From: a virus
UHGV virus genome: UHGV-0261880
Direction: 5' to 3' (one strand)
Length of the DNA stretch: 44,278 nucleotides
Shown here in pieces: positions 25,882 through 33,735 of the stretch (its first letter is position 1; each line of letters opens with the position of its first letter). The position numbers were made by a program, and so were the translations under genes. The notes beneath the pieces were generated by a model that was not told the origin of the DNA, searched no databases, and worked only from the letters and a program-made list of their open reading frames with translations.

Positions 25882-26322
25882 TTATCCTAATAGTTGTTTG
25901 GTAATAATCTTGCCACCGGTGTTAACGTCGAACTTCGATGCAACGGCTACGCCACCATGTGCCGAATACCCGCATTCCATAGCCGCTAACGCATATGGCG
26001 AGCCAGACCCCACGGCGGCAAAGCTATCGGCAACTGGAATAACAGAACTTAGTGCACAATCCCATGATTTATAAAACGCGACTTTATACACCTTTTCTGT
26101 GTCTTTCACGAACACCAGGGCTTCGAAATCGAAGTCATAGTGCTTAGGCACTAAAATTCCTCTGTCCCCAACGAGAATATCCCCGACTCCCGCGTCACCG
26201 GCCACACCGATAACGGCAAAGTCATTCTCGTATATCTTTGTGTCTGTGTTGTAGCAGTTACTTCCGCACACAACACGGGTATCACAAGCCATTGTCTTTC
26301 CGTCGAACGCGATAGTAGTCAT
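25882..26322 (-). CDS. HslV/proteasome beta-subunit-like N-terminal nucleophile hydrolase
   Basis: 146 aa; begins MTTIAFDG (Thr right after Met, as in HslV); Lys ~28 residues in; AVGSGSPYALAAM matches HslV GSGGPYA block. Confidence 0.65.
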   Translation of the reverse strand: MTTIAFDGKTMACDTRVVCGSNCYNTDTKIYENDFAVIGVAGDAGVGDILVGDRGILVPKHYDFDFEALVFVKDTEKVYKVAFYKSWDCALSSVIPVADSFAAVGSGSPYALAAMECGYSAHGGVAVASKFDVNTGGKIITKQLLG

Positions 26323-26612
26323 TTGTGTCTCCAGATGTATTGTCGTCTCTGTGGTTTCGTCGGAATATCTTCATATCCGAGCGATTTCCAGTAATTAAAT
26401 AACCGATTAGCGATTGCTGCGCGTTCCTTTGTCTTAAACTCACCGAGATTCACGGCCTTCCCGTTCTGGAACCCACAGGCGCGGACAGCTTTGCGTCTGG
26501 CCTGAATCTCTGGGTACAGCGCGTTACGGCGGCGCTTGTATATCTGTATTTTAGCTCTCGGCGACAGCGGCGCAAGGCCGCTTCGTTTCAGGATGTCAGT
26601 TGCGAGGGTCAT
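26319..26612 (-). CDS. Hypothetical basic protein with possible AP2-like DNA-binding segment
   Basis: Track ORF trimmed to internal ATG overlapping upstream stop; C-terminal GKAVNLGEFKTKERAAIANRLF resembles AP2 pattern weakly. Confidence 0.35.
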   Translation of the reverse strand: MTLATDILKRSGLAPLSPRAKIQIYKRRRNALYPEIQARRKAVRACGFQNGKAVNLGEFKTKERAAIANRLFNYWKSLGYEDIPTKPQRRQYIWRHK

Positions 26613-26803
26613 ATACCGAGAATCTCGCAGGCCATTTCTTCGGTAACTTTCGAACAAGGTGAGTACAGTACCTGGGCGGCGAAGTTACACAGTTTTCGCT
26701 CCAGCTCCGCGTAATCTTCGTACTCTACGTAACCACCTTCATCACACGGCTCCATCTCTCCACCATTGCAATGGTATAGTTCTAATTCATATCTCTGTAC
26801 CAT
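26609..26803 (-). CDS. Hypothetical small acidic Cys-containing protein
   Basis: Track ORF trimmed to internal ATG (MVQRYELELYHCNGGEMEPCDEGG...) overlapping upstream stop. Confidence 0.4.
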   Translation of the reverse strand: MVQRYELELYHCNGGEMEPCDEGGYVEYEDYAELERKLCNFAAQVLYSPCSKVTEEMACEILGI

Positions 26804-27075
26804 CACTCCACCCCTTCTACATGTGTAACTGACCCACAGTTCGCGCACTCGACGTAATCCGGGAACTGGTCTTTGTATTTCTGTAACTCAGCGTTTACTT
26901 CTGCCAATCTTGCCACAAGCCCCTCTATTTCCATGTCTGTAGTTGTTATGTAGTCCTGGAAACTGTCGTCCAGTTCCTTGTAGTCTTCATACCGAACCAC
27001 CTCCACCCAATCCTCGTAGAAGGCGTCGCCCCCTAATTCAGTACCTCGTGCTTCATATTTCCGAACCATAATCAC
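26803..27075 (-). CDS. Hypothetical protein with C-terminal CxxC
   Basis: 90 aa coupled ORF. Confidence 0.45.
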   Translation of the reverse strand: MIMVRKYEARGTELGGDAFYEDWVEVVRYEDYKELDDSFQDYITTTDMEIEGLVARLAEVNAELQKYKDQFPDYVECANCGSVTHVEGVE

Positions 27076-27290
27076 TTCTCCTGTTTACCGAGTCGCTTAG
27101 GTGAGCAGATAGCGCGTACCTCTGAATCGTTGGGCTTGTCGCCCTGAAACAGGAAGTGCGCGTTCTCTGCGGCGCGTGCTGCAGACTGGCACGCCTCCAT
27201 CGAATAAAACGTTTCTGCTGCCGCGAGTTGCATCTGGCCTGCGGACAGTACCCAGATAAATAAGATGCTGGTCATTTCTTTAACCCGCAT
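27072..27290 (-). CDS. Small secreted protein (signal peptide)
   Basis: 72 aa; N-terminus MTSILFIWVLSAGQMQLAAAE signal-peptide-like. Confidence 0.45.
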   Translation of the reverse strand: MRVKEMTSILFIWVLSAGQMQLAAAETFYSMEACQSAARAAENAHFLFQGDKPNDSEVRAICSPKRLGKQEK

Positions 27291-27685
27291 TTAAGGCACA
27301 TACATGGAAACCCTACTCCGTAAAATTGCCATTCGTGCTCGCATTCTTCAGGTTTAGCCACACCACATTTACGGCAATACGGGGTCCCAAGTCTATTCCC
27401 AAAAACTACCACACATCGCCACTCATGCTCGCATTCCTGGGTATCGTCCTTACGGCACCCGGATTGCTCAGGCACGTACCCACCTTTGCGTATAAGTTTG
27501 TACGCCTCCACGTCACCAGCAGCGGTAGCCAATGCCATATGTAACTCCTTAATCTGCGCTGACGCATCACGTAACTGATTCTTAAGTGACTGCACCTCGT
27601 GCGCCAGGTCTTCGCACTGGTTGTTATTTACCTGCTGCCGTAGCTGTTCAATCAGGTACTCGAATACTTCGTTTTTGTTACTCAT
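27272..27685 (-). CDS. Cys-rich protein with duplicated ECEHEW...C..C motif (zinc-ribbon-like) and N-terminal coiled coil
   Basis: 137 aa; ...TQECEHEWRCVVVFGNRLGTPYCRKCGVAKPEECEHEWQFYGVGFPCMCLKCG. Confidence 0.5.
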   Translation of the reverse strand: MSNKNEVFEYLIEQLRQQVNNNQCEDLAHEVQSLKNQLRDASAQIKELHMALATAAGDVEAYKLIRKGGYVPEQSGCRKDDTQECEHEWRCVVVFGNRLGTPYCRKCGVAKPEECEHEWQFYGVGFPCMCLKCGLKK

Positions 27686-27870
27686 AATACGTCTCCTACT
27701 AACCCAACCTTCATGATGCCGCGTTCACCTTTCTTGCCGGCGCGAAGCCACTCACGCGCAACTTTCTCATCAGTGAACACGAATTTCGGTACGTGCTTTC
27801 CGTCAGGGGCGATAACCCATGACGACCATACCGGGGTAACTTTAATCAAATGCTCGTTTTTGTTACTCAT
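27682..27870 (-). CDS. Hypothetical protein
   Basis: Track ORF trimmed to internal ATG MSNKNEHLIK...; shares first 17 nt with the 27685 gene. Confidence 0.4.
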   Translation of the reverse strand: MSNKNEHLIKVTPVWSSWVIAPDGKHVPKFVFTDEKVAREWLRAGKKGERGIMKVGLVGDVL

Positions 27871-28081
27871 CTTCTGGCTCCTCCCCGTTATATTCTTCGA
27901 ACACAAAGTCGTCGTCCGCAGATAGCGCCCACCAACCATACCCGGTGTAATAGACGTCAAGTTCAGTGCCGTTGTCGTCTATTATGTAGCATCGGCTCTC
28001 GTCGCCGTCTTCTTTGAGGTGGTACAAGTCATTTTTAGTCAGCGCCCAATAACCATCGTAGGATTTGCATTCCAGGAACAT
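27863..28081 (-). CDS. Hypothetical acidic protein
   Basis: 72 aa; first gene after the 28141 promoter. Confidence 0.4.
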   Translation of the reverse strand: MFLECKSYDGYWALTKNDLYHLKEDGDESRCYIIDDNGTELDVYYTGYGWWALSADDDFVFEEYNGEEPEDE

Positions 28082-28112
28082 CTTCCTTCTCTCCTCTCGT
28101 TTGTGTAAATGA

Positions 28113-28141
28113 ATAGTAGCCTATTCTATCTTAGTGTGCAA
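28113..28141 (-). promoter_or_regulatory. Sigma70-like promoter TTGCAC-N17-TACTAT with embedded palindrome (minus strand)
   Basis: Minus-strand reading TTGCACactaagatagaataggcTACTATtca; same family as 6959/16871/29274. Confidence 0.45.
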
Positions 28142-28218
28142 GTAAATTTTATTGGTGTTTGTATTGTTGCGTATCCTGCAATTGTCGCTTCGATTGTTGC
28201 GTTTGGTGAAATAGAACA

Positions 28219-28255
28219 AAAATGAGAAAAATGATACGCTGCTGTGTAGCAGCGT
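28219..28255 (-). terminator. Hairpin ACGCTGCT-GTGT-AGCAGCGT followed by T-rich tract (minus strand)
   Basis: 8-bp stem; plus-strand AAAAATGAGAAAAATGAT upstream gives U-rich tract for minus transcripts. Confidence 0.45.
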
Positions 28256-28289
28256 AAGACACAAAGCCAAATAATAACCTATTGACCTG

Positions 28290-28478
28290 TTACACCGGCG
28301 CCGGTAGCTCAGGTAAGGGCATCCAGTGGGAGATATCACCGTGGTATAAACTCTTCGCTGGCCCCCAGTAGCCATCTGAATTAACACGCATAACCTCACA
28401 ACCGACAAAACCATCAGTTACAAGAACGTATTCATAAGGCTCCGGCATCTGCTCACTACACTTAATCCACTCACCCAT
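28290..28478 (-). CDS. Hypothetical protein (DUF551-like pattern)
   Basis: 62 aa; W/P-rich pattern ...HWMPLPELP. Confidence 0.4.
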   Translation of the reverse strand: MGEWIKCSEQMPEPYEYVLVTDGFVGCEVMRVNSDGYWGPAKSLYHGDISHWMPLPELPAPV

Positions 28479-28628
28479 ATCTCACCTCGGATTTGCAACA
28501 GACAACACACCAGCTTTCCACGCCCGCCACGCTAGACGCGTCTTAACGTTCAGGTACTCTTTCTTTGAACCCTTGTTAACCGGCAGACCCTCGACGACGG
28601 CCCACCGTTCGAATGCTTCTCTCATAGC

Positions 28629-28829
28629 CTAGTCCTCCAGAATTTCACATTCACGGTCGCGTATTAACAGTTCCTCGCCACGGTGTTCAACTAGGTGACC
28701 ATAAACATTACTGAATGTGACCTCGAACTCATCTCCGACTGAGATACCGAAGTCACGTAACGAAGGGTCGCCATAATCCGGCGGCGGAACATAATCAACA
28801 TCAGTTATACGAATTCTCATTAACGGCAA
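28629..28829 (-). CDS. Hypothetical protein
   Basis: 66 aa coupled ORF. Confidence 0.4.
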   Translation of the reverse strand: MPLMRIRITDVDYVPPPDYGDPSLRDFGISVGDEFEVTFSNVYGHLVEHRGEELLIRDRECEILED

Positions 28830-29023
28830 CCTCCCTCAGAGTCGTCAGCACGAGCATCATGATTCGATGCCGTTCGGAGCGCACGTAAAACTTTTAACAA
28901 GAGCTCACATGTCCCGGAAGAAATAGTCGGGCCGTCTAGCAAAACAACCTCGTATCTGTTTACCTGGAAATGCACCTTCTCTAGTCTATGATGTTTCAGT
29001 TCTTCAAATAATTCTTCCATCAC
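28820..29023 (-). CDS. Hypothetical protein
   Basis: 67 aa coupled ORF. Confidence 0.4.
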   Translation of the reverse strand: MMEELFEELKHHRLEKVHFQVNRYEVVLLDGPTISSGTCELLLKVLRALRTASNHDARADDSEGGCR

Positions 29024-29217
29024 TTCACCCCTTTGAATTTAAAATTGTTGCCGATGAGTTCTAAATTATCGCGTAAGGCGAACCCAGTTTTCTTTCTTAC
29101 CAGGCCCCATACGTCAACCAGATTATCCTGGTCATACTCGTTCTCGTCCTGCAACACTAATACATATTGCCCTCCACGTTTAGTTTTAGCCAATTGACCC
29201 TTCTTAAACATAACCAT
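29020..29217 (-). CDS. Hypothetical protein, first gene of leftward early operon
   Basis: 65 aa; ~30 nt downstream of the 29274 promoter. Confidence 0.4.
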   Translation of the reverse strand: MVMFKKGQLAKTKRGGQYVLVLQDENEYDQDNLVDVWGLVRKKTGFALRDNLELIGNNFKFKGVK

Positions 29218-29245
29218 CGCTCCTCGGTTTCGTTTTGATAAGTGA

Positions 29246-29274
29246 ATAGTATCCTATTATATTGGGGTGTGCAA
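29246..29274 (-). promoter_or_regulatory. Sigma70-like promoter TTGCAC-N17-TACTAT with embedded palindrome (minus strand), leftward early promoter
   Basis: Minus-strand reading TTGCACaccccaatataataggaTACTATtca, 31 of 32 nt identical to the 6959 plus-strand copy. Confidence 0.5.
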
Positions 29275-29708
29275 GAGAATAGTTACGTTGCCGTTGTGAT
29301 TCTTCAGGTAGGGTTGTGCCTTTATTCTTATTACTTGGTAACTAAAGGGCAGGCCCTAAGCCTGCCCAATAATCGTTACATTTTTACGGTTGCGAATCTA
29401 CGGCACTTTAAGAAAATCAGATACTTAAGATATATTCCGCCGATGGGAATAGAGCTTGCCCAGGGCAACCGGAGATACTTAGGAAGGAAAGTTACGATAA
29501 TTCGAATGTTCAGTAAACTGCCGCCTAACACTTCGCGTTGGGCGCTCGTTTTCGGCGGGTTTTACAAGGTGAACAGGAATCAAAGTAACTAAGATATAGA
29601 AGCACCTTAAACGAAGATTTTCTTAATGTCAATAGGTGCGATTATGTTTGATTTCCCATTATTCGCAATGTATACTTGGTTTCGTTAACTGATAATGGGG
29701 GTTTGAGA

Positions 29709-29879
29709 ATGACACAGAATGAAGTAGCCGAGCGTATTGGGGTTACCCGTCGCACGCTGAATAACTGGTTAAAGAGTGGGAAGTTCCCGGATTGTTGTAT
29801 CCGTATTATGGGCCGCCGGCAGCCGGGTACTTTCGACCCGGAGAAAGTGGAAGCGTGGATTAAGGAGAATGTAAAATGA
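29709..29879 (+). CDS. AlpA/excisionase-like HTH DNA-binding protein
   Basis: Track ORF trimmed to ATG (MTQNEVAERIGVTRRTLNNWLKSGKFP...); MerR/AlpA-type HTH pattern. Confidence 0.55.
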   Translation: MTQNEVAERIGVTRRTLNNWLKSGKFPDCCIRIMGRRQPGTFDPEKVEAWIKENVK

Positions 29880-30109
29880 CCGAGTTCCAGTCCCGCGTAT
29901 TTACGGCAGTCGTTTCATTAACCTGTAAAAAAGGGTCGTGCAGCGTTATGGACTTGCGCCGTAGTTATTTTAGGTACTATAGTTCCGCCATTATTGAAGG
30001 GTCGTTGAAGGTACTGGTTAAATCTGGTGTCGTGAAAAATGTTGGCGGGAAATATAGTGCTGTTGCCGAAGTTCGCGGAATGACCGCTACTTTAGAAGAC
30101 CTGGAATAA
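29876..30109 (+). CDS. Hypothetical protein
   Basis: 77 aa, start overlaps upstream stop. Confidence 0.4.
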   Translation: MTEFQSRVFTAVVSLTCKKGSCSVMDLRRSYFRYYSSAIIEGSLKVLVKSGVVKNVGGKYSAVAEVRGMTATLEDLE

Positions 30110-30167
30110 AAGAAAGCCCCGACGCGGTGAACGCCGAGGCTAAATTACTTGCTGAAGGAAATATAAC

Positions 30168-32435
30168 ATGTCCGATGTAATTTTATCCTACTCGTGGTCT
30201 CGTCGCAACGCGCGGGCGGAGAAAAAGGATATAAACGTCAGAACCACACACACGGCAACGCTGGGCGACCTGAAAGATTTAATCCAGCCGCTTGATGCTG
30301 TCCGTGACGGAATTAACCCGAAGACCGCACCCGGTTATATCACCGCCGCGTGCGACTCCACACACAGCACCGTAAAAGACCCGGAAACAGGCGACTTTAA
30401 GCAGGCGCGTAAAGGCTTCTTCTATCGCTGCGATGCGTCTGTAAGCAAATCGTCGCTGGCGTACCTGGACTTCGACAGCACAACGCCGGAAGAGTATCAG
30501 GAAGCGGTGCGCCTGGTTAAGCGCAGCCGCCAGGCGATGTGTCTCTACACCACGGCATCACATACCGACGAGTCGCCGCGCTTTCGCGTCGTCATGCCGC
30601 TGGCCCGCCCGGTTGAAGGTGGCGACATCATCCGTGTTCGCCATGGATTACTGGAGCACTTCTTCAAAGGCATGGGCGCGGACCGCAGCGGGTTCACTCT
30701 GTCGCAGCCGATGTATCTGCCGCCGGTTGGCTCTCAGGTTATCTGGTCGCGTCGCAATGACCTGATTGACCCGGACGAGTTACTGGAAGGTATCCCCGCC
30801 GTTGATGTTAGCAGCGCATCGGATTACCAGATACCAGAAGAACTGCGCACCGCGTTTACAGACGCGTTCGAAGCACTGGCGTTTGAGTATGGCGGTATCA
30901 TGACGCCGCGCGGCCTTAAGATGCCAGCTACACCGGAACATGCAGAGAACTACAGCGACCCGACGCCGCGGCCGGATGACTTCCTGCTGTGCTTCCCACG
31001 CGAGGGATATGAAGCGCCTAACGTAACCATGATTCACGACACTGACATCACGGCAACCGAAGGCATGTCACCGAAAGAGGTGTGGAAATATGCGTGCGAT
31101 GCGACCGGGCTGCCGTTCAGTGAGGTCGCTGAGGCCATCGGTTGGGGTGCGCGTGAATCAGTTTCATGCAGTCTCGACGACCTGGAAGACGATGAGGACT
31201 CAGAGGAGGACGAGTTACCGGAGCCGGTAAAGGCTGATTTCGTCGTAGAAGGGTACATGCCGTCGGATTGCATATGGGATATTGTTGGGGAATCCGGTAC
31301 GTATAAATCATTCTATACGCTGGGGATGATGTACCTCAGCGCCGCCGGATACCGGTTTGCAGGGGCGGATACCCAGCGTTGCCACCATTTCTATATTGAC
31401 GGTGAGGGCGGCGCGGCCACACGCACACGTATCGATGCGCTCGCGGCTAAATACGGCGAGGAAGGTAAAGATTATGTACATGTTATCGACATGGGTGAAG
31501 TCGGAAAACTTAAAAGCCTGATTAAGTTAATGCGCGAAACTGCTGGCGACGAGCCAATCGGTATGGTCGCGTTCGACACCCTTAACCAGACGCTGGCCCT
31601 GACGATTGATAAGTTCGACGAGAACAGTTCATCAACGGCGATTGGCATGGGTAAAGTTATTGCCATCCTGAAAGAGGTACGCGACGCAACTAAAGCCGCT
31701 GTGGGTGTTGTCCACCATACGCCTAAGGGTGGAAAGAAAGCCCGTGGTAGCGGGGCGCTGTATGCCGGTGTTGATGTGGAGCTTACAATTGAGCGCGCAA
31801 CCGACCGTCAGATAAACGTATACCACTCGAAATTTAAGCACGGGCCACAACAGAAGACGGTTGGTATGGTGCTGGAGTCTGTACAGTTCCGTGAAGCGCC
31901 ACCGCCGAAAGAGTACCGCGCGGTTGAGTTCCTCGGTAGCACAGAGGAGTACGGCACAATCGTAAACCTCGACCTGCCAGAGCCGCACAAAGCGCTTGTG
32001 CTGATGCCGTGGGGTTTCGAGCCGTTCAAAACTGACGAGGAGAAAGAGCGGGAAGAAGGGCTGACAAAGGAAGGTAAAGAAAATGTGCGTAAAACCGTAG
32101 AGAACGCCGTCAACAGTTCGGAGGCCACGATACTGGCAGCGTTTGAACTGGCGGAGGGGACCTACAACGGCAACGAAGGTATCACGGTAGCTGCAGCGAA
32201 TAAGCTGGCACAGTCCGACCCCAACGCGAAGGCGTTTAACTCCAAAGAAGCCATAGAACGCGGGAAGATCAAGAAAATGGTTGAGGCCGGGTATCTTGTT
32301 CCAGGTACTGACGAAAACAATCAGATAATTCCAGGACGTTACAGGCTGAACACCCGAATAACGGATAACAAGATTCCGAAGACGATATACGAACCAAATG
32401 AAATGCTGACAGTGACAGAGGAGGATTTGGAATAG
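30168..32435 (+). CDS. Primase-helicase fusion (N-terminal primase-polymerase-like domain + RecA-fold/RepA-like ATPase)
   Basis: 755 aa; acidic LAYLDFD and RFRVVMPL in N-terminal half; Walker A GESGTYKS then HFYIDGEGG and VVHHTPKGG typical of RepA-like helicases. Confidence 0.65.
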   Translation: MSDVILSYSWSRRNARAEKKDINVRTTHTATLGDLKDLIQPLDAVRDGINPKTAPGYITAACDSTHSTVKDPETGDFKQARKGFFYRCDASVSKSSLAYLDFDSTTPEEYQEAVRLVKRSRQAMCLYTTASHTDESPRFRVVMPLARPVEGGDIIRVRHGLLEHFFKGMGADRSGFTLSQPMYLPPVGSQVIWSRRNDLIDPDELLEGIPAVDVSSASDYQIPEELRTAFTDAFEALAFEYGGIMTPRGLKMPATPEHAENYSDPTPRPDDFLLCFPREGYEAPNVTMIHDTDITATEGMSPKEVWKYACDATGLPFSEVAEAIGWGARESVSCSLDDLEDDEDSEEDELPEPVKADFVVEGYMPSDCIWDIVGESGTYKSFYTLGMMYLSAAGYRFAGADTQRCHHFYIDGEGGAATRTRIDALAAKYGEEGKDYVHVIDMGEVGKLKSLIKLMRETAGDEPIGMVAFDTLNQTLALTIDKFDENSSSTAIGMGKVIAILKEVRDATKAAVGVVHHTPKGGKKARGSGALYAGVDVELTIERATDRQINVYHSKFKHGPQQKTVGMVLESVQFREAPPPKEYRAVEFLGSTEEYGTIVNLDLPEPHKALVLMPWGFEPFKTDEEKEREEGLTKEGKENVRKTVENAVNSSEATILAAFELAEGTYNGNEGITVAAANKLAQSDPNAKAFNSKEAIERGKIKKMVEAGYLVPGTDENNQIIPGRYRLNTRITDNKIPKTIYEPNEMLTVTEEDLE

Positions 32436-32463
32436 GTAAAAAGAAAGGGGCATTAAGCCCCTT
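32436..32463 (-). terminator. Terminator hairpin AAGGGGC-ATTAA-GCCCCTT with U-tract on minus strand
   Basis: Overlaps the stop of the XRE gene; plus-strand A-run 32436-32444 gives U-tract for minus transcripts. Confidence 0.5.
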
Positions 32464-32668
32464 CACCTAACGCCAGCCACTTGGCGTCTACTTCCAGCAC
32501 TTCCGCCAGTTTAAACAGCGTTGCCGGGCGGACGTCCTGAGTTACTCCGAGTGCAAGCTGATTAATTGCGCCCTGAGAAACTCCCGTCAGGACAGCCAGA
32601 CGGCGCTGGGAGATGCCGAGTTCTTTACGGCGCTGTTCTACACGGATGCCTAGTTCAGATGGTTGCAT
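32453..32668 (-). CDS. XRE-family (Cro/CI-type) HTH transcriptional regulator
   Basis: 71 aa; LGISQRRLAVLTGVSQGAINQLALG is a canonical HTH_3 pattern; TAAGGAG RBS. Confidence 0.7.
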   Translation of the reverse strand: MQPSELGIRVEQRRKELGISQRRLAVLTGVSQGAINQLALGVTQDVRPATLFKLAEVLEVDAKWLALGEGA

Positions 32669-32696
32669 GTCAATTACTCCTTAGTCAGTTGATATG

Positions 32697-32712
32697 TGAA
32701 TAGTACCATATT
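32697..32712 (-). promoter_or_regulatory. Operator-like palindrome copy overlapping the -10 (TACTAT) of the predicted XRE promoter
   Basis: TGAATAGTACCATATT on plus = ...TACTATTCA on minus, ~20 nt upstream of the XRE RBS; weak -35. Confidence 0.4.
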
Positions 32713-32732
32713 AATTATTTTAGAAAAGCCCA

Positions 32733-32761
32733 TTGACAAGTGAATAGTTGGCTATTATAGT
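32733..32761 (+). promoter_or_regulatory. Sigma70-like promoter TTGACA-N17-TATAGT with embedded palindrome AATAG-ttgg-CTATT
   Basis: Consensus -35, 17-bp spacer; 32 nt upstream of the 32793 start. Confidence 0.55.
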
Positions 32762-32792
32762 TAGCCCATACCAAACGAGAGGAGAGAAACAA

Positions 32793-33302
32793 ATGTTAGA
32801 GAAATTCTTAGTATTACTGGAACGTTTCGTAGTTGCACATGAACTGATTGCTGCAAATAGTGTGAAACGCCCGGTGCCGCCGGTTGAGCGTGCAGGTGAA
32901 ATGCTTGTAGACGTGTCGGTTACGGGAGAGGTACTTGAAGTCGACCCAGGCACTGGCGTAGGTAAAGAAATCCCGGTCGAAGGTGAAGACATCGTTGACT
33001 CTAAACCGGCGGAAGAAGAGAAGCCAAAACGCAAGCCGCGTAAAGCTAAAGTAGAGGAACCTACGCCAGAGCCGGAAGAAGAGAAAGAAGAGGTTGATTA
33101 TAAGTCTCTTCGTGACCAGATTCAGGCTATCGACGACGCAATTAACGAAGGTCCGAGCGATGCTGCGTGCGACGATTCCGATGAACTGCTGGAAGAGTTC
33201 ACCGGTAAGAAGATGAAGATTGCCGCGATTAAAGATGAAGACCTGGCTGAATATCTGGAACGCCTGACGGCAATCAAGAACAAGTATTTCGAAGAAGAAT
33301 AA
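32793..33302 (+). CDS. Highly acidic protein, first gene of rightward operon
   Basis: Track ORF trimmed to ATG with GAGAGGAGA RBS; central Glu/Pro/Lys-rich low-complexity region and acidic C-terminus. Confidence 0.5.
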   Translation: MLEKFLVLLERFVVAHELIAANSVKRPVPPVERAGEMLVDVSVTGEVLEVDPGTGVGKEIPVEGEDIVDSKPAEEEKPKRKPRKAKVEEPTPEPEEEKEEVDYKSLRDQIQAIDDAINEGPSDAACDDSDELLEEFTGKKMKIAAIKDEDLAEYLERLTAIKNKYFEEE

Positions 33303-33309
33303 CTATCCC

Positions 33310-33329
33310 GCGGCCTTCGGGCCGCTTTA
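33310..33329 (+). terminator. Hairpin GCGGCC-TTCG-GGCCGC + TTTAA (weak/partial terminator)
   Basis: GC stem with short U-tract just after the 33302 stop. Confidence 0.4.
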
Positions 33330-33345
33330 ACTGAGGGTCGGAATT

Positions 33346-33735
33346 ATGAAATACGAAGATATGAGTGATTTTGAAATTAATTGTGCAGTGGCAGTCGCAT
33401 TAGATTTGAATGAACATTTGTTCTTTCCATCTGGCGTCGATGACTTTGATAGTGATACTAATGATTCAGATATGGGGCCGGTGTGGCAAACACGAATGCC
33501 GTTTGTTAAAGGTTTTAGACCATCTAATGGTAATTTATTCAGCCCGTGCAACAACCTAGATATTACGTGGCAAATTATGACTCAAAATCATATATCGATT
33601 GAATGCGTTACGGTTAACCGACATACGTTTACGTATAAGGCGTATCACTCGGAATCGTTCACCGAAAGTACGCACGAAAACCCTCTCCGCGCAGCTATGA
33701 TTGTCTTCCTTAAAATGCAGGAGACAAAGAAATGA
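33346..33735 (+). CDS. Hypothetical protein, AT-rich gene
   Basis: 129 aa; visibly lower GC (~38-40%) than flanking genes. Confidence 0.5.
   Translation: MKYEDMSDFEINCAVAVALDLNEHLFFPSGVDDFDSDTNDSDMGPVWQTRMPFVKGFRPSNGNLFSPCNNLDITWQIMTQNHISIECVTVNRHTFTYKAYHSESFTESTHENPLRAAMIVFLKMQETKK

Noticed and set aside
29242-29592. 116-aa plus-strand ORF in the intergenic region between divergent early operons
   Set aside because: Begins inside the leftward promoter, has no RBS, junk-like composition and overlaps strong hairpins; treated as non-coding.
31632-32453. 273-aa minus-strand ORF antisense to the primase-helicase gene
   Set aside because: Entirely contained in the opposite strand of a motif-bearing gene; translation is Phe/Leu/Arg-rich junk with no start context.
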